DNA of 64,000 nucleotides. Source: a virus. Under the pieces are notes generated by a model. It was not told the origin of the DNA, did not search any database, and was given only the letters and a program-made list of their open reading frames with translations. This document shows positions 19,093 to 26,797 of the stretch, piece by piece; position 1 is the first letter of the stretch, and each line of letters begins with the position of its first letter. Location: positions 1 through 64,000 of the IMG/VR virus record IMGVR_UViG_3300046170_000478; one strand, 5' to 3'. A program made the translations under genes and the position numbers.

Positions 19093-19325
19093 TGAATTGT
19101 AGATACGATAGTAGGATAATTGGCCCCAATGGTTATAAGGAATTGATGATAGCAGTCTTGAATGAACAAGATAATCCCATCGATTCCTGTTGCCATAAAT
19201 TAGATTCGCCAGAGATACATGATCTTATGAGTGCAGAAACAGGAGCACATAAGTTTGGAATAAAAGGTTGGGACTTAGATCCAGCAGATCAATATCAGGG
19301 ATATGCGACAAGAGTTGTAAAGTGA
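19092..19325 (+). CDS. Hypothetical protein
   Basis: Coupled ORF. Confidence 0.55.
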   Translation: MNCRYDSRIIGPNGYKELMIAVLNEQDNPIDSCCHKLDSPEIHDLMSAETGAHKFGIKGWDLDPADQYQGYATRVVK

Positions 19326-19480
19326 AAAGATTATGGAGAATATGGGCTAGGACTATGGGCTGTAAAATATCAGATTCTCATATAGAGTCAGATGTTGCGG
19401 CTATTATCAGGACATTTTGGTGGCTATTACATATTACTACCTGTGGTTTTATAATCGCAAATACAATTAGACATTGGTAA
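19322..19480 (+). CDS. Small membrane protein
   Basis: Likely GTG start at 19322 (GTGA overlap); 'WRIWARTMG...AAIIRTFW...FIIANTIRHW'. Confidence 0.55.
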   Translation: MKRLWRIWARTMGCKISDSHIESDVAAIIRTFWWLLHITTCGFIIANTIRHW

Positions 19481-19481
19481 A

Positions 19482-20117
19482 ATGAAGACTAGAAAAAAAT
19501 TTACCCCAATCCCCAAAGACATAGGAGATTATATTTCTTACAGTGAAGAATCAAGCACTGGGCTTGTTTGGAGAGTTAATAGGGGGAGTAACCTTGTAAA
19601 AGGAAAAGAAGCTGGTCGTATTACTGAGAAAGGATATTTTAGATTTAGTTTTAATGGTAAAGAGTATTTCAATACTAGAGTAGTTTACTTCCTATGCACA
19701 GGAATAGACCCAGAAGAAAAGCAGGTTGACCATGAAGATACTAATAGATTAAATAATAAAATTTCAAATCTTAGGCTAGCTACAAATAAGCAGAACCAAG
19801 ATAATAAAAAGAAACAAAAAAATAATACTAGCGGGGTAACTGGGGTTTCTTGGCATAAAAAACATAAGAAGTATCATGCGGTTATCAAACATAATGGCAA
19901 GCCGATTTTGCTTGGTCATTTCAATAAACCTGACAAAGATAAAGCTATAGCAGTCCGTATAGCAGCCGAAACAGATCCTAGATTCAAAGACCAAGAATTC
20001 AGACATTCCCACAACGATGAACACGCTCCTTCCCCAGAGATGTTAGTCTGGGCCAAACAATATCTTGAAGATAGAATAGAGAGACTAAACTGGAAAGAGA
20101 AGTATAATTTACAATAA
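19482..20117 (+). mobile_element. Free-standing HNH-AP2 homing endonuclease gene
   Basis: 'VDHEDTNRLNNKISNLRLAT..QN' (HNH_3-like) followed by 'NNTSGVTGVSWHK...YHAVI...LGHF' (AP2-like). Confidence 0.85.
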
Positions 20118-20132
20118 TTAAAAATTTAATAC

Positions 20133-20327
20133 ATGATGAATAAACTATTAAGCAAACTGTTTAAAAAACAAACCCCAACCATTTCTCATTGGGTCATAAA
20201 CCCTCCTAGCTGGTTGGAGAGACAGGTCCAGAATCAGAAAATAGAAGATGCCTACAGGGATTCACTCAAATCTAACGCCAAGGATCATCATTGGTCTGAT
20301 AAGTATAGTAAGCATTTCAAGACATAA
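20133..20327 (+). CDS. Hypothetical protein
   Basis: Last rightward ORF before the AT-rich gap. Confidence 0.55.
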   Translation: MMNKLLSKLFKKQTPTISHWVINPPSWLERQVQNQKIEDAYRDSLKSNAKDHHWSDKYSKHFKT

Positions 20328-21090
20328 TTTACAACAAAATGTATTTTAATTATTATAAACTATTATTTAATAATAAAATAGAATTTAAAAGATTCAACTA
20401 TAGAGAAATACATATAGCATATATACAAGTACCAATATAGAAAAAATAAGATAAAATAAAGACTTCTATACCTATTCATAACAAATTCAAAGAAATATGG
20501 GATAGTGGCCACCTCTCTAAATAAATAAATACGAATAGGAAGTGAGCCAGCCAACCAAATTCAACCCTAACTCAACCAAATAAAACGTGATTTTTCGTGA
20601 CTTGCGTGAAGAAACGCCAGTTTATCTTGATTTATGCAAATAAACAAGGGCGCGGAGTGTCGCTTTTTTTAGAAAAACCTGAAGGTTAACCAGAATTTTT
20701 TCAAATAAATAGGAATTGGGTAGGGGTAAATATAAAGAATTTATACAGAATTTTAAAAAAACTAAATATATCGCCAGTTTACAGGCAAAACGCTTAATAA
20801 GCAATGAGGCTTATACCAGCAAATAAACACAAATAAATGAGCCGACTAGAGTCATTTATATATTTCATTATTATCTTGGCCGCAATCTATCTTATTTCCT
20901 CAGGTTAATTTTTTAATCTTTTTTATTGACTACCACCTTCGGTGGTAGTAATGTGATGGAGTAATAGAACACATATGAGACACCAATGCACACACAAGAG
21001 ATCTGGATTTTATTTCTGATTATATTGACAGTTATACTAACCATCCTGAATTGAAGCTCAGGTTGTAGGTTAGAGCCTTAATAAACAAAT

Positions 21091-21122
21091 AAGCGAGGAA
21101 CGTTAATCCCTCGCTTTTTTTT
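21091..21122 (+). terminator. Rho-independent terminator (possibly bidirectional)
   Basis: AAGCGAGG...CCTCGCTT followed by a T run. Confidence 0.75.
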
Positions 21123-21151
21123 GGTTTTATCTTTTTATTCGGAAATCGCTG

Positions 21152-21226
21152 TAACTCACTGATACTCAAGGAGTTAGGAGGCTCCGCCCGCCCCCGCCCG
21201 CTAACACGCTGATATTCAACGAGTTA
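21152..21226. repeat. 75-bp double-palindrome element 1
   Basis: TAACTCACTGA-TAC-TCAAGGAGTTA / 25-bp GC spacer / TAACACGCTGA-TAT-TCAACGAGTTA. Confidence 0.9.
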
Positions 21227-21235
21227 CGGGGGTTT

Positions 21236-21412
21236 TTATTTAATGTATTCTTTTACAGACAGACAGTTAAACTCCATTGCCCTTTGATCGGTAGGATCTC
21301 CAGCCTCTCCAACCTCAACCAAGTCGATAGCCTCAGTCTCCGAATATGCTTCAACTTCAAACTGCAAGCGGTTCACCTCCTCTATTATAACCAAGTAGTT
21401 TTTAATCTTCAT
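21236..21412 (-). CDS. DpnD/PcfM-like small protein
   Basis: 'YLVIIEE...FEVEAYSETEAIDLV'; start at MKIKNY. Confidence 0.5.
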   Translation of the reverse strand: MKIKNYLVIIEEVNRLQFEVEAYSETEAIDLVEVGEAGDPTDQRAMEFNCLSVKEYIK

Positions 21413-21692
21413 CTGGCAATGGCTCCTTTCCATAGTCGAGGTAATGCATATGTTGCTTGGCATACTGGTAAACCTTAGTCATTGCTTTCTTAACCTCTTC
21501 TCTTTCTTGATAAGCTTTATCCCAAGCCTCATCCCCAAGAGGGTAGTAATCCCTTTGATGGAAGTTCGTATCATAAAGGAGTTTAATCTGCGCTTGGCTT
21601 ACAGCGTCAAACAATTCGTTGTATTGTCTGCGTAGGCTAGTCTCTCCTGATCCATTCATGTGGATCAAGGGCATTGTATGTTTTTCAATCAT
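21402..21692 (-). CDS. Hypothetical protein
   Basis: 'PLIHMNGSG...FHQRDYYP'. Confidence 0.65.
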   Translation of the reverse strand: MIEKHTMPLIHMNGSGETSLRRQYNELFDAVSQAQIKLLYDTNFHQRDYYPLGDEAWDKAYQEREEVKKAMTKVYQYAKQHMHYLDYGKEPLPDED

Positions 21693-21693
21693 A

Positions 21694-21876
21694 TTAAATT
21701 CTTTCTTTTACTTGTTCAATTACCAAGACAAAGCCTAGCTCTTTAAGAGCTTCAATGTCATAGTGAGTTAAAGTTTTTCTTCCTGTTAGTTTCTTTATAG
21801 AATTCCTTACAGATTCTTTTTTTACATAAGTTAGGGTATTGCCGTAAACTTCTTTTCTTTCTACTTCTATTGTCAT
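21694..21876 (-). CDS. Hypothetical protein
   Basis: 'VYGNTLTY...LTGRKTLT...LKELGF'. Confidence 0.65.
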   Translation of the reverse strand: MTIEVERKEVYGNTLTYVKKESVRNSIKKLTGRKTLTHYDIEALKELGFVLVIEQVKERI

Positions 21877-21878
21877 AT

Positions 21879-22121
21879 CTATTTTCTGTAGTTAGGATGC
21901 CAAGTTGGGAATTCTACTTTTGGGGTCAATTCTGTATACCCTAGCTCTGTGAAATGTTCATGCAGAGTAATCGCTCCATGCAGACATATCTGAAACCAAT
22001 GCTTTTTATTATCGTCTGTGAATTCAAAGTAGCAATCTGCTCTATCACTTTCGCACTTAGTTACTCTAAATGTTTTAGGGAATACTCCTGTCAATTTAAC
22101 TGTTGGTGTTTCGTTGTTCAT
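21879..22121 (-). CDS. Hypothetical protein
   Basis: Likely start at MNNETPTV. Confidence 0.5.
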   Translation of the reverse strand: MNNETPTVKLTGVFPKTFRVTKCESDRADCYFEFTDDNKKHWFQICLHGAITLHEHFTELGYTELTPKVEFPTWHPNYRK

Positions 22122-22362
22122 CTTTTGCTTGTTGTATTTTTTTCTTTCTGTCGTTTCTGTCATGGAACCATGCAGAGCCATATCTAATGTTTCTTGATTT
22201 AAAGAAATCGTCACAAGCTTCGCTCACTGTGCGAGCAATGTTTGCGGGGAGTACATCGTACATCCCAAAGTTTCCTTGCGAGGATTGTTTTATTATCTCC
22301 TTGTTTTCAACTGCTTTGTGGAGTAAGTCGTCTTTAAGAACGTGGTAATCTCTTGATTTCAT
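22096..22362 (-). CDS. Hypothetical protein
   Basis: ORF in the leftward operon. Confidence 0.55.
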   Translation of the reverse strand: MKSRDYHVLKDDLLHKAVENKEIIKQSSQGNFGMYDVLPANIARTVSEACDDFFKSRNIRYGSAWFHDRNDRKKKIQQAKDEQRNTNS

Positions 22363-22436
22363 TTTATTTTTATAAAGTGATTAAAGTAAAAAAGATGGTG
22401 ATTAAAATTAACGCGATTAGTACTATCTCTTGCATT

Positions 22437-23159
22437 TTACGGCTCCACAACAAAACCCGTTTCGTCTTTTTTAGCAAGACCTTTCTCAACCAATCCAACG
22501 ATCACACCTTTAGGATCTTTAAAGCGCAGATCACTTTCATCTCCATCTATCACTTTATAGCCTAAGTGAGTTTTAGGAAGTGAACCACGGAAGACGACGG
22601 CGACGTTCCCACCTAACTCAAGGATTGTTTTCATTTTATATTCACTTGTTGCTTCACTGCGAGAAAAGGTGAGGTGATAGTTGTCGGGCATTTTGCCATC
22701 AAGCCAAGCTCTCATCCTGTAAAACCCTTTGGTGTAATCGTAGAAACTCACATTTGGGAACTCTTCCATGACGTTTAAACTGCAGATTGGAGGCTTTGTT
22801 GTTCTACCCTTGCGGATGTTCTCCCAAGGGATATCACTTGTAAGATTAAGTCGGAAGCATGGAATCATTTGCTTTTTAGCTGCGCTAATGATCGCCTTGC
22901 CGATTTCAATCCTTAAGTCTGACATGAAACCGAAGTTATCCTTAAAGAATCTTTTAGTTTTATTGATTCTAGAAGTTTGCACGTTGCTCATGCAACCACG
23001 ACCCGCAGTATCTAAACAAGCGGCACGACAACCTGCGCTTGCCCATTGGCAGACATTGAATCCTGATTTATTAGCGGGGGAAAGATGGAGACCGAAAGTG
23101 CGATATCCTAGAACCTCTCCCTTTAGTGTTTTGGCATTGCCTTGATTTAGTAATTTCAT
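22437..23159 (-). CDS. GP88-like protein (Cys-rich, radical-SAM-like)
   Basis: 'NVCQWASAGCRAACLDTAGRG', 'FRLNLTSDIPWE', 'FYDYTK', 'NYHLTFSRSE', 'DGDESDLRF.DP'. Confidence 0.75.
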   Translation of the reverse strand: MKLLNQGNAKTLKGEVLGYRTFGLHLSPANKSGFNVCQWASAGCRAACLDTAGRGCMSNVQTSRINKTKRFFKDNFGFMSDLRIEIGKAIISAAKKQMIPCFRLNLTSDIPWENIRKGRTTKPPICSLNVMEEFPNVSFYDYTKGFYRMRAWLDGKMPDNYHLTFSRSEATSEYKMKTILELGGNVAVVFRGSLPKTHLGYKVIDGDESDLRFKDPKGVIVGLVEKGLAKKDETGFVVEP

Positions 23160-23254
23160 AGCGGAGATATTTTGACAGGTTTGGGTTTGGGTGCAAGTGT
23201 ATTTTAAATGTTTTTTTATTATTTTTTAATGCTTGACAGAGGACGTAATCCTTG

Positions 23255-23329
23255 TAACTTGTTGATTGATAACGAGTTAGGCGGCTCCGCCCGCCCCCGC
23301 CCGCTAACTCATTGATATTCAACGACTTA
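23255..23329. repeat. 75-bp double-palindrome element 2
   Basis: TAACTTGTTGA-TTG-ATAACGAGTTA / GGCGGCTCCGCCCGCCCCCGCCCGC / TAACTCATTGA-TAT-TCAACGACTTA. Confidence 0.9.
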
Positions 23330-23354
23330 GAACGTTTATTTTTTTATTATTGAC

Positions 23355-23391
23355 AAAAGAAAACCCCGCCCCCCATGCAGAGGGGACGGGG
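23355..23391 (-). terminator. Rho-independent terminator after the DUF932 gene
   Basis: CCCCGCCCC...GGGGACGGGG hairpin with an A-run on the + strand; near-duplicate at 25257-25290. Confidence 0.65.
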
Positions 23392-23413
23392 CTTGCTATG
23401 TCTACCCAGAAAT

Positions 23414-24208
23414 TTATGCAGGGAGCACTAGGGCTGACTCCTTATCCTCTTGCGATATAACCGCAGGAGTAAAATCGGCAGACCTGTCAAAGACAGATTG
23501 CATCCGCATTGTGCGGTTGGATATATCATGCGATCCGATACCCTTTAAAGATTCTGTAACGGCATTATAGAGGGTCCAAAGAGAACCTCCTTTGAACTCC
23601 TCATGACGAGGATTGTGGAATTCCTGAAGGGCGTCTACCGCTCTTTTATTGCCGAAAACTTTGTCATTGAAAAGGTCCAAAACAAGTTTGGAAGCATCTT
23701 TGACTTCCGTGTTTTTATACTTCTCTATCCGATCTTCCATGGCAGTCCAGTGAGAAGTCACTTGAGAAATGGCGGAGGTGATCCGATTGTAAAGATCATT
23801 CATAATGTAAGTCGTGTGCTTACGCGCTAGGGTGACATCGCTAGAAAAGCAGAGGTTATCACAAACCAACATTTGGTTGCCGACTGCGATTCCTGCAGCT
23901 AGGGATTTGTCGTGAGAATTCCGAAGACCAAGGACAAGCTGGCGATCTTTAGAGTTGCACTCTCGCTGGATCACGCCATGAGCCATAAATGGTTGACCTG
24001 TGAGAGCGAATCCCCCGAAGTAACGTTGTGAACCGTGGGAAAGGCCATGTTCTTCATTGATGATTTCAAGGCCAGCGTCACCGATGGCTTTTCTGGTCAT
24101 ATCAACCAACTCGTGGTGAGCGATTGGAGTGTGGCTTTTGGTTGGCTTTGGAGTCTCAACTTTAGAAAGGACTTCAGAGCTGACTTTGTTTTTTGCGTAG
24201 ATAAGCAT
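23414..24208 (-). CDS. DUF932-family protein
   Basis: 'LGLRNSHDKS...GNQMLVCDNLCF...ARKHT', 'SLWTLYNAVTE'. Confidence 0.75.
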   Translation of the reverse strand: MLIYAKNKVSSEVLSKVETPKPTKSHTPIAHHELVDMTRKAIGDAGLEIINEEHGLSHGSQRYFGGFALTGQPFMAHGVIQRECNSKDRQLVLGLRNSHDKSLAAGIAVGNQMLVCDNLCFSSDVTLARKHTTYIMNDLYNRITSAISQVTSHWTAMEDRIEKYKNTEVKDASKLVLDLFNDKVFGNKRAVDALQEFHNPRHEEFKGGSLWTLYNAVTESLKGIGSHDISNRTMRMQSVFDRSADFTPAVISQEDKESALVLPA

Positions 24209-24449
24209 AATGGTAGTTTGGTTAAAACGAGAGATTGTCTCTCGACAGGGGAATTATGACAGAAAATAATTTAGAAACAAGCCCTTTTTAATACTTTTTT
24301 AATCTTTTTTTTTGGGCTAAGAATGCCAAATATTCTTGCAAATAAACTTGACACAGGTTGCTTAGGTTAGAGACAAATATGCCAAATATATATATTGACT
24401 TATAAAGCGTAATCTGATGATTTTTGAGTTTAAAGCTAAAAAAACCGTC

Positions 24450-24524
24450 TAACTCACTGATACACAACGAGTTAGGCGGCGCGGCGGGGGCTTCAGCCCT
24501 AACTCCTTTATAACCAAGGAGTTA
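24450..24524. repeat. 75-bp double-palindrome element 3
   Basis: TAACTCACTGA-TAC-ACAACGAGTTA / GGCGGCGCGGCGGGGGCTTCAGCCC / TAACTCCTTTA-TAA-CCAAGGAGTTA. Confidence 0.9.
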
Positions 24525-24740
24525 GATGTCAATGTGTTCTGCAATTTTTTTGTGGCCTCGCCAAGCACTCCAGCCCTCCACGGATATGCCCGAGCAGTAA
24601 TCTGCCTTGGCATCCCCCTCGGAGAGATTTTCCCAAGCGATCTGTGAGGCTTTTTCGGAAGCGGATTTGGGAGAGCGCGACATGGCGACTCCTGTGTAAA
24701 CTCCTGTGCTTGCGACTATGTAGTAACTGAATTTGTACAT
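24522..24740 (-). CDS. Hypothetical protein (leaderless; stop codon inside element 3)
   Basis: TTGCCA-17-TACTCT-6-ATG (MYKFSYY...). The TAA stop is the terminal triplet of the palindrome. Confidence 0.65.
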   Translation of the reverse strand: MYKFSYYIVASTGVYTGVAMSRSPKSASEKASQIAWENLSEGDAKADYCSGISVEGWSAWRGHKKIAEHIDI

Positions 24741-24786
24741 GGGGGGAGAGTAACAGAAGAATTTATTTTTGGCAATATATTTATAC

Positions 24787-24810
24787 AAAAAAAAGCTCCC
24801 TTTCGGGAGC
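24787..24810 (-). terminator. Rho-independent terminator
   Basis: GCTCCC-GAAA-GGGAGC-T8 on the minus strand. Confidence 0.8.
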
Positions 24811-24828
24811 CTTGAAAAGCGATTTAGA

Positions 24829-25008
24829 TCACTTAGTGTTTTCAGGAGTGGGGTCAGGCGTGGAGGCTTCCGCGATACGGGCGAGCCGTTCATCCTCTGC
24901 TTGCCACTCGCGATAATCCTCCTCGGAGAGTTGCTCGCGTACCTTGCGGTATCCGTCATATTGTGCTTGGAGGGCTTCCCAGTCGGTGGTGGTATGTATA
25001 TTAAACAT
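24829..25008 (-). CDS. Hypothetical protein (leaderless)
   Basis: TTGCCA-16-TACCCT-6-ATG (MFNIHTTTDW...). Confidence 0.6.
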   Translation of the reverse strand: MFNIHTTTDWEALQAQYDGYRKVREQLSEEDYREWQAEDERLARIAEASTPDPTPENTK

Positions 25009-25070
25009 GGCCGAAGGGTACAAAAACTGTAGGGTATGGCAAGCTTTTTTTTATTTATTTTTTTAAGCTG

Positions 25071-25145
25071 TAAGTCTTTGATTGATAGTGAGTTAGGCGG
25101 CGCGGCGGGGGCTTCGGCCCTAAGTCCCTGCTAATCAATGAGTTA
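25071..25145. repeat. 75-bp double-palindrome element 4
   Basis: TAAGTCTTTGA-TTG-ATAGTGAGTTA / GGCGGCGCGGCGGGGGCTTCGGCCC / TAAGTCCCTGC-TAA-TCAATGAGTTA. Confidence 0.9.
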
Positions 25146-25253
25146 CAGGCCGTTATCAAAAATTCTGCCTAACTTTTTTATAAACCCACTTGTATAAGCA
25201 GCTATAAAAACTAATGCAAGCACAAAAATGTAAGTTATTCGTTTTTTATTCAT
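25143..25253 (-). CDS. Putative 36-aa membrane peptide (stop codon inside element 4)
   Basis: MNKKRITYIFVLALVFIAAYTSGFIKKLGRIFDNGL. It lies just downstream of a terminator, so expression is uncertain. Confidence 0.4.
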   Translation of the reverse strand: MNKKRITYIFVLALVFIAAYTSGFIKKLGRIFDNGL

Positions 25254-25256
25254 AGT

Positions 25257-25290
25257 AAAAGAGAACCCGCCCCCCACCACAGGGGACGGG
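25257..25290 (-). terminator. Rho-independent terminator
   Basis: CCCGCCCCC...GGGGACGGG hairpin, related to 23355-23391. Confidence 0.6.
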
Positions 25291-25308
25291 CTATACACAC
25301 AACACCGA

Positions 25309-25608
25309 TTAAAAAAGAGTTTTGAGCATTTGGACTGCGGTGGCGAAGCGGCCTCTCACCTTGGTGATACCTGCAACGTGGAGGGTTCGGAACTTTCGCT
25401 CCCCTGCGTCATCAAGGTCGCGGGTAGCAGCGACGACATAACGCTTGCCATTCAATTCGGCGAATCCATCGGTCTGGATTTCTTCCACAAGGAAGCTTCT
25501 GATACCGTCAGCCTTGATGGTGCTTTGCCCAGCATTGGCGTAGGTGATCACGCGCTTGTTGAGCTTAGATTCAAGGGCGGCGGGTGATAGTGTATATAGG
25601 TTTCTCAT
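25309..25608 (-). CDS. Hypothetical protein (leaderless; possible SH3/WYL-like beta-barrel)
   Basis: TTGACC-17-TAAAAT-7-ATG (MRNLYTL...). 'ITY...R...RD.D..KFRTLHVAGI' is reminiscent of WYL-like folds (weak). Confidence 0.6.
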   Translation of the reverse strand: MRNLYTLSPAALESKLNKRVITYANAGQSTIKADGIRSFLVEEIQTDGFAELNGKRYVVAATRDLDDAGERKFRTLHVAGITKVRGRFATAVQMLKTLF

Positions 25609-25618
25609 CAGAGGTATT

Positions 25619-25753
25619 TTAGTCAAAAAGGTAATCAAGGTCAATGCTATTTTGTAAATCTTTTTCAAGATCTTTTGAGTGGTCGAGCATCTCCAAGTTG
25701 CCAGCGATGACAAGCGTGAAGATAACTCCTGCGATAGTGAGTATAGAGTTCAT
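25619..25753 (-). CDS. Putative 44-aa membrane peptide
   Basis: MNSILTIAGVIFTLVIAGNLEMLDH...; begins 1 nt after the upstream stop. Confidence 0.45.
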   Translation of the reverse strand: MNSILTIAGVIFTLVIAGNLEMLDHSKDLEKDLQNSIDLDYLFD

Positions 25754-25754
25754 A

Positions 25755-25913
25755 TTACTTAGAGGCTTTTAGGATTTGTTTTTTCTTTTCAGCAATTAAC
25801 TTTTTTGCATGGAGGGTGCAAAGACCGTGGGACTTGATTTTTTTCAGACCTTCTTCCATGCCCTCTAGTTCTGCTTTATACATTCTTACTGTCCAGCTGT
25901 TGGTGTCGCTCAT
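25755..25913 (-). CDS. Small basic protein (52 aa, leaderless); not in the ORF track
   Basis: TTTTAA-17-TAAAAT-6-ATG; MSDTNSWTVRMYKAELEG...KQILKASK. Confidence 0.6.
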   Translation of the reverse strand: MSDTNSWTVRMYKAELEGMEEGLKKIKSHGLCTLHAKKLIAEKKKQILKASK

Positions 25914-26030
25914 GGGGATATTTTACTCTAATCGGCAGAGAATTAAAAGCTTTTTCTGCATATATTTAATCTTTTTTTTATTTAAAAAGGCTTGACATAG
26001 GCGAGCTATAGAGTAGGGCGAAAAGCCTCG

Positions 26031-26105
26031 TAAGTCGTTGATACTCAATGAGTTAGAGTTCGGGGCGGGGCGCTCCGCGCTAAGTCGTTGTCGCTCAGTG
26101 AGTTA
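26031..26105. repeat. 75-bp double-palindrome element 5
   Basis: TAAGTCGTTGA-TAC-TCAATGAGTTA / GAGTTCGGGGCGGGGCGCTCCGCGC / TAAGTCGTTGT-CGC-TCAGTGAGTTA. Confidence 0.9.
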
Positions 26106-26184
26106 GAGCGTTTTTTATTTAAATGTTTTTATTTACTTTTTTTACCCTAAAAGGCTTGACACTCTCACTGTTCTGATTTAAAAT

Positions 26185-26280
26185 GGTGGCATATTTCTGC
26201 GAGGGCTATGCCAGACCCACGATCACTCCTTATTTAACGTCTTACGGATCGCTTAACCGTGTTTATACTCACTTGACGAA
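26185..26280. ncRNA. Candidate structured non-coding RNA
   Basis: ORF-free. Stems TGGCATA/TATGCCA, CGTC/GACG and ACGG/CCGT, and a potential GCGATC/GATCGT pseudoknot. A + strand TTGACA-17-TAAAAT promoter is at 26156-26184. Confidence 0.3.
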
Positions 26281-26283
26281 AGT

Positions 26284-26541
26284 TTATTGATCTAGGTTTT
26301 GCGCTAAGAGCGCGGCGAGACCCTGAGGCTCCTCCTTCTTCTCTTGTCTTAGTCCTATGGAGATTTCAAACTCATGAAGAGCGTATTCTAGATCTTCAGC
26401 TATATTTTTGCGTTGTTCAAAGTTTTTAGCTTTAGAGCGGGTTTTAAGATGTGATATCTTCCAAGCTAGACATTCTCTTAACCAATTTAAAGATTTGATT
26501 TGTTTAAATGTCCCTGATAAGTCTATTTTATCTTCGTTCAT
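26284..26541 (-). CDS. Hypothetical protein
   Basis: ORF in the leftward island. Confidence 0.6.
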   Translation of the reverse strand: MNEDKIDLSGTFKQIKSLNWLRECLAWKISHLKTRSKAKNFEQRKNIAEDLEYALHEFEISIGLRQEKKEEPQGLAALLAQNLDQ

Positions 26542-26552
26542 ATTATTTTTAT

Positions 26553-26777
26553 TTACTTGCCGTAGATCCAGCGAAGCTCATCACTCCACTCCTTGACCAT
26601 CTCAGCCTCGGCCCCTTGTGGATTCTTGCAAGCTGCACCAATCCACTTTCTGATGAGGCGCTGAAGCTTTTTCATCCTGCGCCATTCCATCCAATGCACA
26701 CCAATGGCGAAAGGGTAAGTGAGAATGAGAATGGCTTTGCCCTTGGCGTCTTGGTCTTTGAAGTTGTGTAGGTTCAT
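26553..26777 (-). CDS. Hypothetical membrane protein
   Basis: Hydrophobic segment AILILTYPFAIGVHW. Confidence 0.55.
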   Translation of the reverse strand: MNLHNFKDQDAKGKAILILTYPFAIGVHWMEWRRMKKLQRLIRKWIGAACKNPQGAEAEMVKEWSDELRWIYGK

Positions 26778-26797
26778 AGTGTTAGGGTGTTTGGGTT

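Noticed and set aside
24741-24959. Long N-terminal extensions in the ORF track (24959, 25713, 21463, 22214, 9111)
   Set aside because: They run through promoters, terminators or neighbouring genes; downstream ATGs fit promoter spacing or gene packing better.
21152-26105. CRISPR or simple terminator interpretation of the 75-bp elements
   Set aside because: Only two repeats per locus with low-complexity GC spacers; the palindromes are AT-rich and imperfect, and separate canonical terminators exist nearby.
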